Source: Alphaproteobacteria bacterium (GTDB lineage: Bacteria; Pseudomonadota; Alphaproteobacteria; JBFXJJ01). Taken from it: a DNA stretch of 64,000 nucleotides. Below, in pieces: positions 27,364-37,255 of this stretch. Both the position numbers and the translations under genes were made by a program. Position 1 is the first letter of the stretch. The number at the start of each line of letters is the position of its first letter. Below the pieces are notes generated by a model. That model saw only the letters and a program-made list of their open reading frames with translations, made no database searches and was not told the origin of the DNA. The stretch lies in contig JBFXJJ010000005.1 in the NCBI GenBank assembly GCA_050175015.1, positions 96,001 to 160,000 of the forward strand. The letters are read 5' to 3'.

Positions 27364-29577
27364 ATGAATGATATTTTTGAGCTTTCAGACAGCGACAATA
27401 ATAACAGCTTAACTTATCAAGAGCCACTATGGCTTAAAACTCTAAACCCAGAACAAAGAGAAGCTGTCATACATACCAATGGCCCACTCTTGGTTTTATC
27501 TGGCGCAGGTACGGGAAAAACCCGTGTGCTTGTTTCTAAACTTGCCTATATCATTTTTAATAAAATTGCTAATCCATGGAATTGCTTAGCTGTTACTTTC
27601 ACAAACAAAGCTGCGAATGAAATGAAAGCCCGTGTTTCTGAAATGACAGGCGTTGAAGTTTCAGCTTTATGGCTAGGAACTTTCCACAGTATCTGCGCTA
27701 AAATCTTAAGACGACACGCTGAAAAAGTTAGCTTAAAATCTAACTTCACAATTATTGATGATAACGATCAAAAACATCTCATTACCACAATTATGCAGGA
27801 ATTTGGGCTTGATACTAAAAAGTTTCTCCCCAAAGCTATGGTTGGAATCATAAGCCGCTGGAAAGACCAAGCTCTTACGCCTGATAAAGTAACGCCTTAT
27901 GTTATCGGTTATGATTTTGCTGATGGTTTTGCTTTAAAAATCTATAAAGAATACAATAATCGCCTAAAAACTATGAATTCGGCTGATTTTGGCGATTTAA
28001 TTTTGCTCTGCATTAATTTATTCACCGCTAACCAAGACATCTTGAACCTTTATCAAGATAAATTTCGCTACATAATGGTTGATGAATATCAAGACACTAA
28101 TGTCTCGCAGTATTTGTGGTTAAGACTGCTGGCAATGAAATATAAAAATATCTGCTGTGTTGGAGATGATGATCAATCAATTTACTCTTGGCGCGGCGCC
28201 GAAATATCAAATATTTTAAATTTTGAAAAAGACTTTAATAGCGCCAAAACCGTAAGGTTAGAAAGAAACTATCGTTCTACTAAAAACATATTAGATGGAG
28301 CATCTAATTTAATAGCTTTCAACAAACAGCGGCTTGGCAAAAGGTTGTTTCCCGCTTTTGAAAAAGATGAAGAAAACGAGCAGATTAAAGTTATCAAAAG
28401 TTTAAGCAGCGAAGATGAGGTTACATCTATTATTGAGGAAATTGAAAGCGAACAGCGCCATAAAACTCCGCTTTCTCAAATGGCTATCTTAGTGAGAACA
28501 GCTGCCCTCACCCGTAATTTTGAAGAAAAATTGGTGGCTTATGGTATTCCATACAGAGTTATAGGCGGACTTCGTTTTTATGAACGTATGGAAATAAGAG
28601 ATGTAATTGCATATTTACGAATTTTGCTGCAGCCAGATGACAGCCTTGCCTTTGAACGTGTTATTAATAAACCTAAAAGAGGCATTGGCGATAAGACTTT
28701 AGATACAATTAAAGATTATGCTAATCGCAATAACTTATCTTATTTTATGGCAGCTTACCAACTAATTGAAAATAAAGGGCTACCCACAAAAGTTTCCAAA
28801 ACAATCGATGAGCTAATAAAAGACTTTGCTCGGTGGCATAATATGCTTGATGATAAGTCACCTAGAGAACTCGTAAAAATCATACTTGAAGAAACTGGCT
28901 ATCTTGAAATGTGGCAAAAAGATAAGTCTCAAGAAAGCGCCTCCAGAGTTGAAAACATAAAAGAACTTTTAAGTGTTCTAGATGACAATTTTGCAAGTAT
29001 CGCTGCCTTTTTAGATCACGTAAGCTTAGTAATGGATAAAAATTCTGATAATTATGGAACAGATTATCTCTCCATTATGACCATTCACGCAGCAAAAGGA
29101 CTAGAATTTGACAATGTTTTTCTGCCAGCTTGGGAAGAAAATATCTTTCCCCATTCAATGACACTCTCAGAAAATGGCGAAAATGGCGTTGAAGAAGAAA
29201 GACGCCTTGCTTATGTTGCTATAACCAGAGCAAGGAAAAAGGTCTTCATTTCCTTTGCCTATAGCCGCTTCATATACGGTAATTGGCAAAACAACGTTCC
29301 ATCAAGATTCATTGATGAAATAGGACTTGATAATATTGTTTCTGATAAAGACACTAACCAATTCTCACAATTATCAGAAATGTCTTTTGACTGGCAGCGT
29401 ATTTATGCTAAAAAAGCACAAATTCAAAATAATGTTTTCCACATAGGAGATAAAGTCTTCCATAAACGTTTTGGTAATGGCACAATTATTAGTATGGATT
29501 GTGATAAATTAGAAATTGACTTTGATGACAGTGGCTTGAAAAAAATAATATCTAGTTTTGTGGAAGTTCTAAGATGA
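27364..29577 (+). CDS. uvrD: ATP-dependent DNA helicase UvrD/PcrA
   Basis: 'GAGTGKT', 'VDEYQDTN', 'VGDDDQSIYSWRGA', 'HAAKGLEF', 'EEERRLAYVAITRA'. Confidence 0.96.
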   Translation: MNDIFELSDSDNNNSLTYQEPLWLKTLNPEQREAVIHTNGPLLVLSGAGTGKTRVLVSKLAYIIFNKIANPWNCLAVTFTNKAANEMKARVSEMTGVEVSALWLGTFHSICAKILRRHAEKVSLKSNFTIIDDNDQKHLITTIMQEFGLDTKKFLPKAMVGIISRWKDQALTPDKVTPYVIGYDFADGFALKIYKEYNNRLKTMNSADFGDLILLCINLFTANQDILNLYQDKFRYIMVDEYQDTNVSQYLWLRLLAMKYKNICCVGDDDQSIYSWRGAEISNILNFEKDFNSAKTVRLERNYRSTKNILDGASNLIAFNKQRLGKRLFPAFEKDEENEQIKVIKSLSSEDEVTSIIEEIESEQRHKTPLSQMAILVRTAALTRNFEEKLVAYGIPYRVIGGLRFYERMEIRDVIAYLRILLQPDDSLAFERVINKPKRGIGDKTLDTIKDYANRNNLSYFMAAYQLIENKGLPTKVSKTIDELIKDFARWHNMLDDKSPRELVKIILEETGYLEMWQKDKSQESASRVENIKELLSVLDDNFASIAAFLDHVSLVMDKNSDNYGTDYLSIMTIHAAKGLEFDNVFLPAWEENIFPHSMTLSENGENGVEEERRLAYVAITRARKKVFISFAYSRFIYGNWQNNVPSRFIDEIGLDNIVSDKDTNQFSQLSEMSFDWQRIYAKKAQIQNNVFHIGDKVFHKRFGNGTIISMDCDKLEIDFDDSGLKKIISSFVEVLR

Positions 29578-30887
29578 CTGAAAATTTAAAACAGCCGACA
29601 AAAAAGATTATTAAAAAAATTATTCGCAGGGTTGTAAAAAAAGCTGACGATAATCATCAAGTTATTGCCCAAGAGAACACTAATAACCAGCAAAATCAAC
29701 TTGAAAACCAAGCCAGTTTAGAACACCAAAATCCAGCGCCGTTAGGCAATCAAGAGCAGACACACCAAGAAGATAAATTAGGCATGGCATCAATGTTTTC
29801 CCGTATGATGGAAGGACAAGGCGCCATAACAGAAGAAGATTATAAAATCCAAGAAGAAATTGTTAAAAAAGAGCAGCTTATATTAGAAGAAGAAAAAAAA
29901 TTATTGTTAGCAAAAGCTGCGACACAAAAAGCTTATGAAACTAATGCTAAATTTGATGAAAGCGGTTGGGGAGGATATTTTTTTGAATTTGCTTCCGCTG
30001 CTTTTTTTGTAGTCTGCCAGAACCAAATTATTTATGTGAACAAAAAAGCACCAGAACTTTTGCATTATCGCTTTGAAAGTGATTTATTAGAAAAGAAATT
30101 TATTGATTTTATCGATGATAGCTCAAAATCATTATTCGAAAACTCTATAGAAATTTTACTTGAAGAACACAAGACTATAGGAATTAGATTAGTTGGCAAT
30201 GGTGGACGTAAAATAGATGTTGTTATTTCAGCTAGACATGTTCTTGATGATAACTACTTTACATATTTGATAGAAGCTGTTGATATTACGCCTTTGAGAA
30301 AATTAGAAGAAAAAAATCAAAAAAATGAAGAGTTGTTAATCAAAGCATCAGGCTATGATACCATTACGAATCTACCAGAACGTAAGTTTTTTGACGACAG
30401 GCTAGAAAAGTTAATTGCAAGGTCTTTACGCTTTGCTGATGGCAAATTAGAAAAAATAAGAACCCTTGTCGCAATCTTGATTGTTGATATTGACGCTTTT
30501 TCAGAAATAGAAAAACTTTATGGCAAAACCACAGCTGACAAACTGCTTGCAGCCATAGCTGTAAGACTTTCTTCTTGCGTTGATGAGGCTGATACCGTTG
30601 CCAAAAATCAAGATGGTGATCAATTTTTATTGATTATAGAAGGCTATCCAAGCTCTAATAGAATTATTACAACGGAAGATGACATCAAAAATATTGCTGA
30701 ATATATTTTGAAAACACTAAAAAAACCTTTCAATATTATGGGGGAAGATATTGAAATCAGATGCAGCATAGGTATTAGTTATTTCCCTAAACACGGGCGT
30801 ACTTCCCCTCTTCTTCTACGCATTGCTCAAAGTGCCCTTGATGCTATCAAAAGCTCTGGAGGCAATCAATATTTGATTGCAGGATAA
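29574..30887 (+). CDS. PAS + degenerate GGDEF domain protein
   Basis: PAS segment; 'YD.ITNLP.R..F', 'VDID.F', active-site motif reads QDGDQF, 'SIGIS.FP.HG'. Confidence 0.8.
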   Translation: MTENLKQPTKKIIKKIIRRVVKKADDNHQVIAQENTNNQQNQLENQASLEHQNPAPLGNQEQTHQEDKLGMASMFSRMMEGQGAITEEDYKIQEEIVKKEQLILEEEKKLLLAKAATQKAYETNAKFDESGWGGYFFEFASAAFFVVCQNQIIYVNKKAPELLHYRFESDLLEKKFIDFIDDSSKSLFENSIEILLEEHKTIGIRLVGNGGRKIDVVISARHVLDDNYFTYLIEAVDITPLRKLEEKNQKNEELLIKASGYDTITNLPERKFFDDRLEKLIARSLRFADGKLEKIRTLVAILIVDIDAFSEIEKLYGKTTADKLLAAIAVRLSSCVDEADTVAKNQDGDQFLLIIEGYPSSNRIITTEDDIKNIAEYILKTLKKPFNIMGEDIEIRCSIGISYFPKHGRTSPLLLRIAQSALDAIKSSGGNQYLIAG

Positions 30888-30965
30888 TTTTTTTAATTAT
30901 GCCTAAGATAAGTTCTTGACAAACCATAGAATAAACTTGTAAATATTTTTCTTGAGAAAATTTAT

Positions 30966-31042
30966 GGCGGCTTAGCTCAGTTGGTTAGAGCACAGGAATC
31001 ATAATCCTGGTGTCCCCAGTTCAAATCTGGGAGCCGCTACCA
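30966..31042 (+). tRNA. tRNA-Met(CAT), elongator type
   Basis: 77 nt GGCGGCT...AGCCGCTACCA; anticodon arm CAGGA-ATCATAA-TCCTG. Confidence 0.95.
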
Positions 31043-31047
31043 AAATT

Positions 31048-31086
31048 AAAAAGAGGTTTCAAGTTTTTTATCTTGAAACCTCTTTT
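31048..31086 (+). terminator. Terminator after tRNA-Met
   Basis: AAAAGAGGTTTCAAG...CTTGAAACCTCTTTT inverted repeat. Confidence 0.8.
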
Positions 31087-31177
31087 GTTTTTTTCATAAC
31101 TTCCCCTGTTACTTTTTTAAATCAAAAAAGTTGTTACGTTACAAAAAACGTTAAATTAGATTGTTTTTAAATACCAT

Positions 31178-31219
31178 ACAAAAAATCCGCTGTTTTTTTT
31201 ATTGCAGCGGATTTTTGTT
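31178..31219 (-). terminator. Terminator of RTX gene
   Basis: ACAAAAATCCGCTG...CAGCGGATTTTTGT inverted repeat just downstream of RTX stop. Confidence 0.75.
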
Positions 31220-31246
31220 ATTTAGATTATTAAGCTGGTCAATAAA

Positions 31247-34200
31247 CTAAACAGCTCTGGCGTGCCAGGTTTGCTCAAGTGTTGAAGCTAATGCATTGTT
31301 CAAGGTTTCGTCTTCGCTTATACTAGACATTCCTTGAGGATTAAATGATGACATCGCCTGTACCAACAAATCTACGCTGCTGCGATCAAGTTCAAAGCCG
31401 TCAGATATTGTAAACTGATCAATTTGAGCATCATCACTGCCATACCAGTTATTAAACACGATAGCATCACTACTGCCCATAATTGATACTTTAAGGTTTT
31501 GTCCTTGTTGACTGAACCACAATTCATCATAATCAGCATTTGATATGTTCATAATATCCGTGCCATCAGCATCTTGATTAACAATGCTGTCAACACCATC
31601 ACCTCGTGCAAACTCATAAGTATCATTGCCAGCGCCACCGTAGAGCGTATCATTACCGTCACCGCCACGTAAAGTATCAGCACCAGCACCGCCAATTAAC
31701 ACGTCGTTATCAGCTCCGCCTTCAAGAATATCATCTCCGGCATCACCTCTTAGGTAATCATTAGCCGAACCACCGAGTATGGTATCATTGCCGTTGTTAC
31801 CATAAGCAACAACTCGAACCGTTGAGTTGGAACCATTAATAACGTCATCTCCGGCTGAACCAATAACATTCTCAATTGAAGTTGCCGCTAGGTCTAAAGT
31901 CATTGCTGTTTGCAGGGTTGCAACATCGGAACCTTCACCACCATTGATCTCAATGTCATCGCTGTCAATGTAAAGACTATCATTACCGTCGCCGCCACGT
32001 AAAGTATCAGCACCAGCGCCGCCAATTAACACGTCGTTATCAGCTCCGCCTTCAAGAATATCATCGCCGGCATCACCTCTTAGGTAATCATTAGCCGAAC
32101 CGCCTAGTATGGTATCATTGCCGTTGTTACCATAAGCAACAATTCGAACCGTTGAGTTAGAACCATTAATAACGTCATCTCCAGCTGAACCATTAACATT
32201 TTCAATTGAAGTTGCCGCCAAGTCTAAAGTCATTGCTGTTTGCAGGGTTGCAACATCTGAACCTTCACCCCCACTTATTTCAACATCATCGCTGTCAATG
32301 TAAAGACTGTCATTACCGTCGCCGCCACGTAAAGTATCAGCACCAGCACCGCCAATTAACACATCGTTATCAGCTCCGCCTTCAAGTATATCATCTCCGG
32401 CATCACCTCTTAGGTAATCATTAGCCGAACCGCCTAGTATGGTATCATTGCCGTTGTTACCATAAGCAACAACTCGAACCGTTGAGTTAGAACCATTAAT
32501 AACGTCATCTCCAGCTGAACCATTAACATTCTCAATTGAAGTTGCCGCCAAGTCTAAAGTCATTGCTGTTTGCAGGGTTGCAACGTCGGAACCGTCGCCG
32601 CCATTGATCTCAACATCATCGCTGTCAATGTAAAGACTGTCATTACCGTCGCCGCCACGTAAAGTATCAGCACCAGCTCCGCCAATTAATACATCATTAT
32701 CAGCTCCGCCTTCAAGAATATCATCTCCGGCATCACCTCTTAGGTAATCATTAGCCGAACCGCCGAGTATGGTATCGTTGCCGTTGTTACCATAAGCAAC
32801 AACTCGAACCGTTGAGTTGGAACCATTAATAACGTCATCTCCCGTTGAACCGTTAACGTTCTCAATTGAAGTTGCCGCTAGGTCTAAAGTCATCGCTGTT
32901 TGCATAGTTGCAACATCGGAACCTTCACCACCATTGATCTCAACATCATCGCTGTCAATGTAAAGACTGTCATTACCGTCGCCGCCACGTAAAGTATCAG
33001 CACCAGCGCCGCCAATTAACACATCGTTATCAGCTCCGCCTTCAAGTATATCATCGCCAGCATCGCCTCTTAGGTAATCATTGCCGCCAAAGCCATAGAT
33101 AATATCGGAATCAGATGTGCCATAAATAACATCACGTTCTTCTGTGCCTATAATCTCATTCGGAGCGGCTGTTAATGTTGGATCTGTTAAGTCTATATCT
33201 CCGCCGTTTTTATCCTTTAAAAATTCAACAACAGCATTAGCATCAGAATAATGGTTTTGAACACGCATTGTATCGTTACCATCATTTATCGATAAAACTA
33301 AATCATTGCCATCACGGGTGAACGTAACATCAGTAACCGAAAGTCCTGTCTTGAGCATAATAACATCGGCAACATCTCCTGTTTCGATAATAGTATCGTG
33401 ATCAGAACCTGTGCCAAACAAATAAGTGTCAAATGAACCATGGCCACCCATTAAAATGTCGTTGCCTTCACCTCCGTCTAGAATATCATTACCAGCGAGG
33501 GTTATTAAAGTGTCATCGCCTGTGCCGCCAAATACATTGTCATCACCCGTGCCACCGGTAATATTATCATCACCACCCATACCAACTAACGTGCAGCCTA
33601 AATCATTGCCCGTTAAAGTTTCAGCTTCATCGGTGCCGTATTGTGGGAGGTTGGTTAAATCGCCAATATTAATAGAAAAATCATCAAAATTAATTTTCTC
33701 AATACGGTAGCCACTATCAGTAAGATCATATTGTCCGTATATATCAACGTGTTCAAAAGTGCTGTTGAGATAGATCTTCATTGTAGTATTTTCTTGAAAG
33801 AACGTAACATTTGAAGCAGATAAGCCTCCTGTAATGTAAAGAGTATCATAACCTGATTCTTCTCTTATGGTATCAACTCCATAACCTATACCAAAAATAT
33901 ATGTGTCGTTATTAGAACCTCCTCGAAGATTATCATTCCCAGATCCGCCATCTAGAGTATCATTGCCTTCGTCACCATAAAGGACATCATTTCCAGAACC
34001 ACCATACAAAATAACATCATCACTATCACCATAGAGACGGTCATCATCATCACCGCCATATAAAATATCATGACCTTTTCCAGCATAAAGGCGATCATTT
34101 CCACTGCCTCCATCTAGAATGTCATCACCGTCGTCACCATAGAGATGGTCATCGCCACTGCCGCCATATAAAATATCATTGCCTTTATAGCTATTTATAA

Positions 34201-36457
34201 TGAGGGCAACTGTAGAATTAGAGCCATCAATAATATCATTGCCTGTAGAGCCGCGCGCTTCTTCAATGTTAGAAGCAGTTAAATTAATGAACATAGCTTC
34301 TTGTAAAATGACTGCGTCGTAGCCATCTCCACCATCTATTATTGTATCTGCGGCATCAATGTATAAAATATCATCACCAGCTCCACCATAAAGTTCGTCA
34401 GCGCCAGAGCCTCCGACCAAAGTATCATCACCTGCACCGCCATAGATTTTGTCAGCGCCAGTGTCGCCATTTAAGCTGTCATTGCCAGTGCCTCCTTTAA
34501 GAGTATCATTACCTTCTCTGCCAGTTATAGTGAGGTCAGCAGCTGAGTTAGAACCATCAATAATATCATAACCTGTAGAGCCAAGAGCCTTTTCAATATT
34601 GGAGGCCGCTAAATCAAAGGTAATTGCTTCTTGTAAATAAACAGTGTCTATGCCGTCGCCGCCATCTATTATTGTATCTGCGGCATCAATTTGAATTGTA
34701 TCATTGCCAGCCCCGCCATAAAGTTCATCAGCGCCAGAGCCTCCGACCAAAGTATCATCACCAACTCCACCCTTAAGTGTGTCATTGCCGTCATTCCCAG
34801 CTAAAGTAAGACCTACCGTTGAGTTGGAACCATCAATAATATCGTCGCCTGTAGAGCCATAAACTTTCTCAATATTGGATGAAGTTAAATCAAAAGTTCT
34901 TGCTTCTTGCAAATATGCTGTATCATCTCCATCACCACCATCTATTATGGTATCGGCAGCATCAATATATAATTTATCATTTCCAGCCCCGCCATAAAGT
35001 TCATCAGCGCCAGATTCGCCATAAAGAGTGTCTCTTCCAGAACCACCATATATTTTATCGTTGCCATTTCCTCCACGAAGACGTTCCCCTGTGGAGTTGG
35101 CATACATTATATCTGCATCATTGTTGAAGGTGATTTTTTCAACTAAATTTCCTCCAAAGTGGTTTTTAACCGTTATCTGGTCTTGGCTGTCAATTTTATT
35201 GATAACCAAATCATTATCAGAGCAAGTTTCTACATAATCTTCAATATTACCTGTTATCTTTATCGTATCAGTTCCGCTTTCATCATAGATACGGTCTTGA
35301 CCATCGCCAGCAACAAATTGATAGATATTGTTTTCTGTACCGCCAAGCAGAATATCATCACCAATTCCGCCATTTAAGGTCTTAGCGCTGCTGGTGCCAT
35401 AAATTATGTCAGAATTGTTATTAAAGGATATTTTTTCTATGGCACTACCATCAAAGTTATTGGTAACAGTTATTTTATCTCCTGTTGTGTTTTCAATAAC
35501 TAAATCATTGCCAGAGCGGTAGGCGTTATAATCTGCAATATCTTCATTAACAACTATGCTGTCATTATCACCACTGTCATCAAATATGGTATCTTCCCCA
35601 TCACCTGAGTTAAAAACATAAGTATCGTTTCCTGCCCCACCATTAAGAACATCGTTGCCCGCAAAACCTATGATTTTATCATCACTTGTTGTGCCAATAA
35701 GAGTTTCTGCACCATTGTTTCCTATCAACAATTTGCTGCCATTATCTCTTGTTGCAGAAACCGAGACACTTAAACTTGCTTCATCGTAATTTACAGAAAA
35801 ATTGTTAGCATCTCCGATTTCGAAAATAATATTATTAAGTTTTTTTGCTGTTAACTCATTGTATAAATTATCTATTGCTTGGAATCTTAAAACACTAAGA
35901 GGACCGTTATCCTCTATAAATCCGTTAGGGTTAGTTCCATGAAAACCGTTATTAGAAAAAGACTCTAAATAATAATCTCTGCCATCTTTTTTGGGAATTG
36001 AGCTATAAATATTAGTATTGAAATTAAATTTGCCAAGGAGAAATGAAGTAAAAGTGTTGCAACAAGGTCCTTCGGTGTCATAATCAATCCCCTCACCATT
36101 TAGTCTTAAGCCATCCATTAATTTGGCATAAAATAGAGCTTTTTTAAAGCATTCTATTGCAACATCAGAAGATTCTAGATGGACATATCTTGCATTAAAA
36201 TATTCTATTTCTGCTGTATTGGTGCCACTACCCCAAACAAAGTTTGAATCATAGCTGGTTTGATATATATCTCCAGAAAATGTTTCAAATTTAAATTTCA
36301 TACCTTCTGTGAGATTACCTTTAGTTACTTCAACATTAGTTATTTTTATACTACCATCATCTTTTGTTTCGACTAGCCGAAAACCACTATGGCGGCTCAT
36401 ATCTACTAACGGAACATCAAAATCTTCAAAAAATATTTCAAAACTGTAACTAATCAT
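31247..36457 (-). CDS. Large RTX Ca-binding T1SS-secreted protein with variable N-terminal domain
   Basis: Many GGxGxDxL nonapeptides; CyaA-like C-terminal secretion region 'LWFSQQGQNL.VSI.G..D......WY...LVQAM'; unique ~250-aa N-terminus. Confidence 0.93.
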   Translation of the reverse strand: MISYSFEIFFEDFDVPLVDMSRHSGFRLVETKDDGSIKITNVEVTKGNLTEGMKFKFETFSGDIYQTSYDSNFVWGSGTNTAEIEYFNARYVHLESSDVAIECFKKALFYAKLMDGLRLNGEGIDYDTEGPCCNTFTSFLLGKFNFNTNIYSSIPKKDGRDYYLESFSNNGFHGTNPNGFIEDNGPLSVLRFQAIDNLYNELTAKKLNNIIFEIGDANNFSVNYDEASLSVSVSATRDNGSKLLIGNNGAETLIGTTSDDKIIGFAGNDVLNGGAGNDTYVFNSGDGEDTIFDDSGDNDSIVVNEDIADYNAYRSGNDLVIENTTGDKITVTNNFDGSAIEKISFNNNSDIIYGTSSAKTLNGGIGDDILLGGTENNIYQFVAGDGQDRIYDESGTDTIKITGNIEDYVETCSDNDLVINKIDSQDQITVKNHFGGNLVEKITFNNDADIMYANSTGERLRGGNGNDKIYGGSGRDTLYGESGADELYGGAGNDKLYIDAADTIIDGGDGDDTAYLQEARTFDLTSSNIEKVYGSTGDDIIDGSNSTVGLTLAGNDGNDTLKGGVGDDTLVGGSGADELYGGAGNDTIQIDAADTIIDGGDGIDTVYLQEAITFDLAASNIEKALGSTGYDIIDGSNSAADLTITGREGNDTLKGGTGNDSLNGDTGADKIYGGAGDDTLVGGSGADELYGGAGDDILYIDAADTIIDGGDGYDAVILQEAMFINLTASNIEEARGSTGNDIIDGSNSTVALIINSYKGNDILYGGSGDDHLYGDDGDDILDGGSGNDRLYAGKGHDILYGGDDDDRLYGDSDDVILYGGSGNDVLYGDEGNDTLDGGSGNDNLRGGSNNDTYIFGIGYGVDTIREESGYDTLYITGGLSASNVTFFQENTTMKIYLNSTFEHVDIYGQYDLTDSGYRIEKINFDDFSINIGDLTNLPQYGTDEAETLTGNDLGCTLVGMGGDDNITGGTGDDNVFGGTGDDTLITLAGNDILDGGEGNDILMGGHGSFDTYLFGTGSDHDTIIETGDVADVIMLKTGLSVTDVTFTRDGNDLVLSINDGNDTMRVQNHYSDANAVVEFLKDKNGGDIDLTDPTLTAAPNEIIGTEERDVIYGTSDSDIIYGFGGNDYLRGDAGDDILEGGADNDVLIGGAGADTLRGGDGNDSLYIDSDDVEINGGEGSDVATMQTAMTLDLAATSIENVNGSTGDDVINGSNSTVRVVAYGNNGNDTILGGSANDYLRGDAGDDILEGGADNDVLIGGAGADTLRGGDGNDSLYIDSDDVEINGGDGSDVATLQTAMTLDLAATSIENVNGSAGDDVINGSNSTVRVVAYGNNGNDTILGGSANDYLRGDAGDDILEGGADNDVLIGGAGADTLRGGDGNDSLYIDSDDVEISGGEGSDVATLQTAMTLDLAATSIENVNGSAGDDVINGSNSTVRIVAYGNNGNDTILGGSANDYLRGDAGDDILEGGADNDVLIGGAGADTLRGGDGNDSLYIDSDDIEINGGEGSDVATLQTAMTLDLAATSIENVIGSAGDDVINGSNSTVRVVAYGNNGNDTILGGSANDYLRGDAGDDILEGGADNDVLIGGAGADTLRGGDGNDTLYGGAGNDTYEFARGDGVDSIVNQDADGTDIMNISNADYDELWFSQQGQNLKVSIMGSSDAIVFNNWYGSDDAQIDQFTISDGFELDRSSVDLLVQAMSSFNPQGMSSISEDETLNNALASTLEQTWHARAV
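31650..33083 (-). repeat. Intragenic tandem repeat, 330-bp (110-aa) unit, four copies plus a partial fifth
   Basis: TAGGTAATCA recurs at 31751, 32081, 32411, 32741, 33071 with near-identical flanks. Confidence 0.92.
35173..35700 (-). repeat. RTX homology block, copy 1 (inside full-length gene)
   Basis: Near-identical to 37256-37783 and 39362-39830; encodes IGTTSDDKIIG...KIDSQDQI. Confidence 0.93.
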
Positions 36458-36502
36458 AACTTATATCCTTGTAAAAAGTATTATTGTTAAATAACCAAAT
36501 TA

Positions 36503-37060
36503 TTATTTTGTAACTTTATATTTATGCTTTTTAGTAAAAGGTATTAATATATATAAAAGTGGCATAAATAATTGTAGTTCGATAAGAGCCGATGTAATGT
36601 TACCTGGTAATTCTGGGTATTCCCAATGGTTAAAAACTTTTCTTACGCTGAAACAATATAAACCTATTCTTAACGCTACAAAAAAAACCATAGATAGTTG
36701 TTGTAATGAAATTATAAACAAAATCATTTTTTTATTTAGATACTTAAGCATAAAATATCCTGCAAGACATAATCCAAAACAAACAAGAATTGTAATATTA
36801 CTTTTAAGAATATAATAAGTTGGAGGGCATACATGATCTGGAGCTTTATCGGATATAATAGTATTTGTAATTATATAATAATTAAAACTAAATGTTAGAC
36901 AAAGCGAGCATCCAAAAAATAATATAAATGAGCCATTTTTTATAATTTTTTTGATTTTATCTTTTTTAAGTGAGAACTTTTCATTTTTTAAGTTGTTATT
37001 TTTAATGTTTATCTCTCCATAATTGGTTTTATATATTTCTTCTCTATTAAAATCACTCAT
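36503..37060 (-). CDS. Multi-pass membrane protein, cassette 1 partner (putative immunity/anchor)
   Basis: About 4 hydrophobic segments; ends 45 bp upstream of RTX start; very AT-rich. Confidence 0.65.
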   Translation of the reverse strand: MSDFNREEIYKTNYGEINIKNNNLKNEKFSLKKDKIKKIIKNGSFILFFGCSLCLTFSFNYYIITNTIISDKAPDHVCPPTYYILKSNITILVCFGLCLAGYFMLKYLNKKMILFIISLQQLSMVFFVALRIGLYCFSVRKVFNHWEYPELPGNITSALIELQLFMPLLYILIPFTKKHKYKVTK

Positions 37061-37118
37061 AAAAAATACTCTCTAATTTCAAGTGTTAACTTTTTACTGA
37101 AGATAACTATACTCTATA

Positions 37119-37255
37119 TTTAATCTAAAATGCACATAATTTTTTGTTATATTTTACTAACATAAGGCTACCGTGGGTTGAGTAACAGTATTTACAATTT
37201 CAGCTCTAAATAATTACTAATACAGCCGCCTAAGAGGCTATTTTAAAATGTGATT
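37119..37255 (-). repeat. Conserved cassette junction/leader, copy A
   Basis: 137-bp match to 39225-39361; includes GCTCTAAATAATTACTAA (37203-37220) and the common KSHFKIAS* stop. Confidence 0.85.

Noticed and set aside
31650-33083. CRISPR array or DGR template/variable repeats
   Set aside because: Repeats are in-frame 330-bp coding units without unique spacers; no cas or reverse transcriptase gene; differences between repeat copies do not appear adenine-specific.
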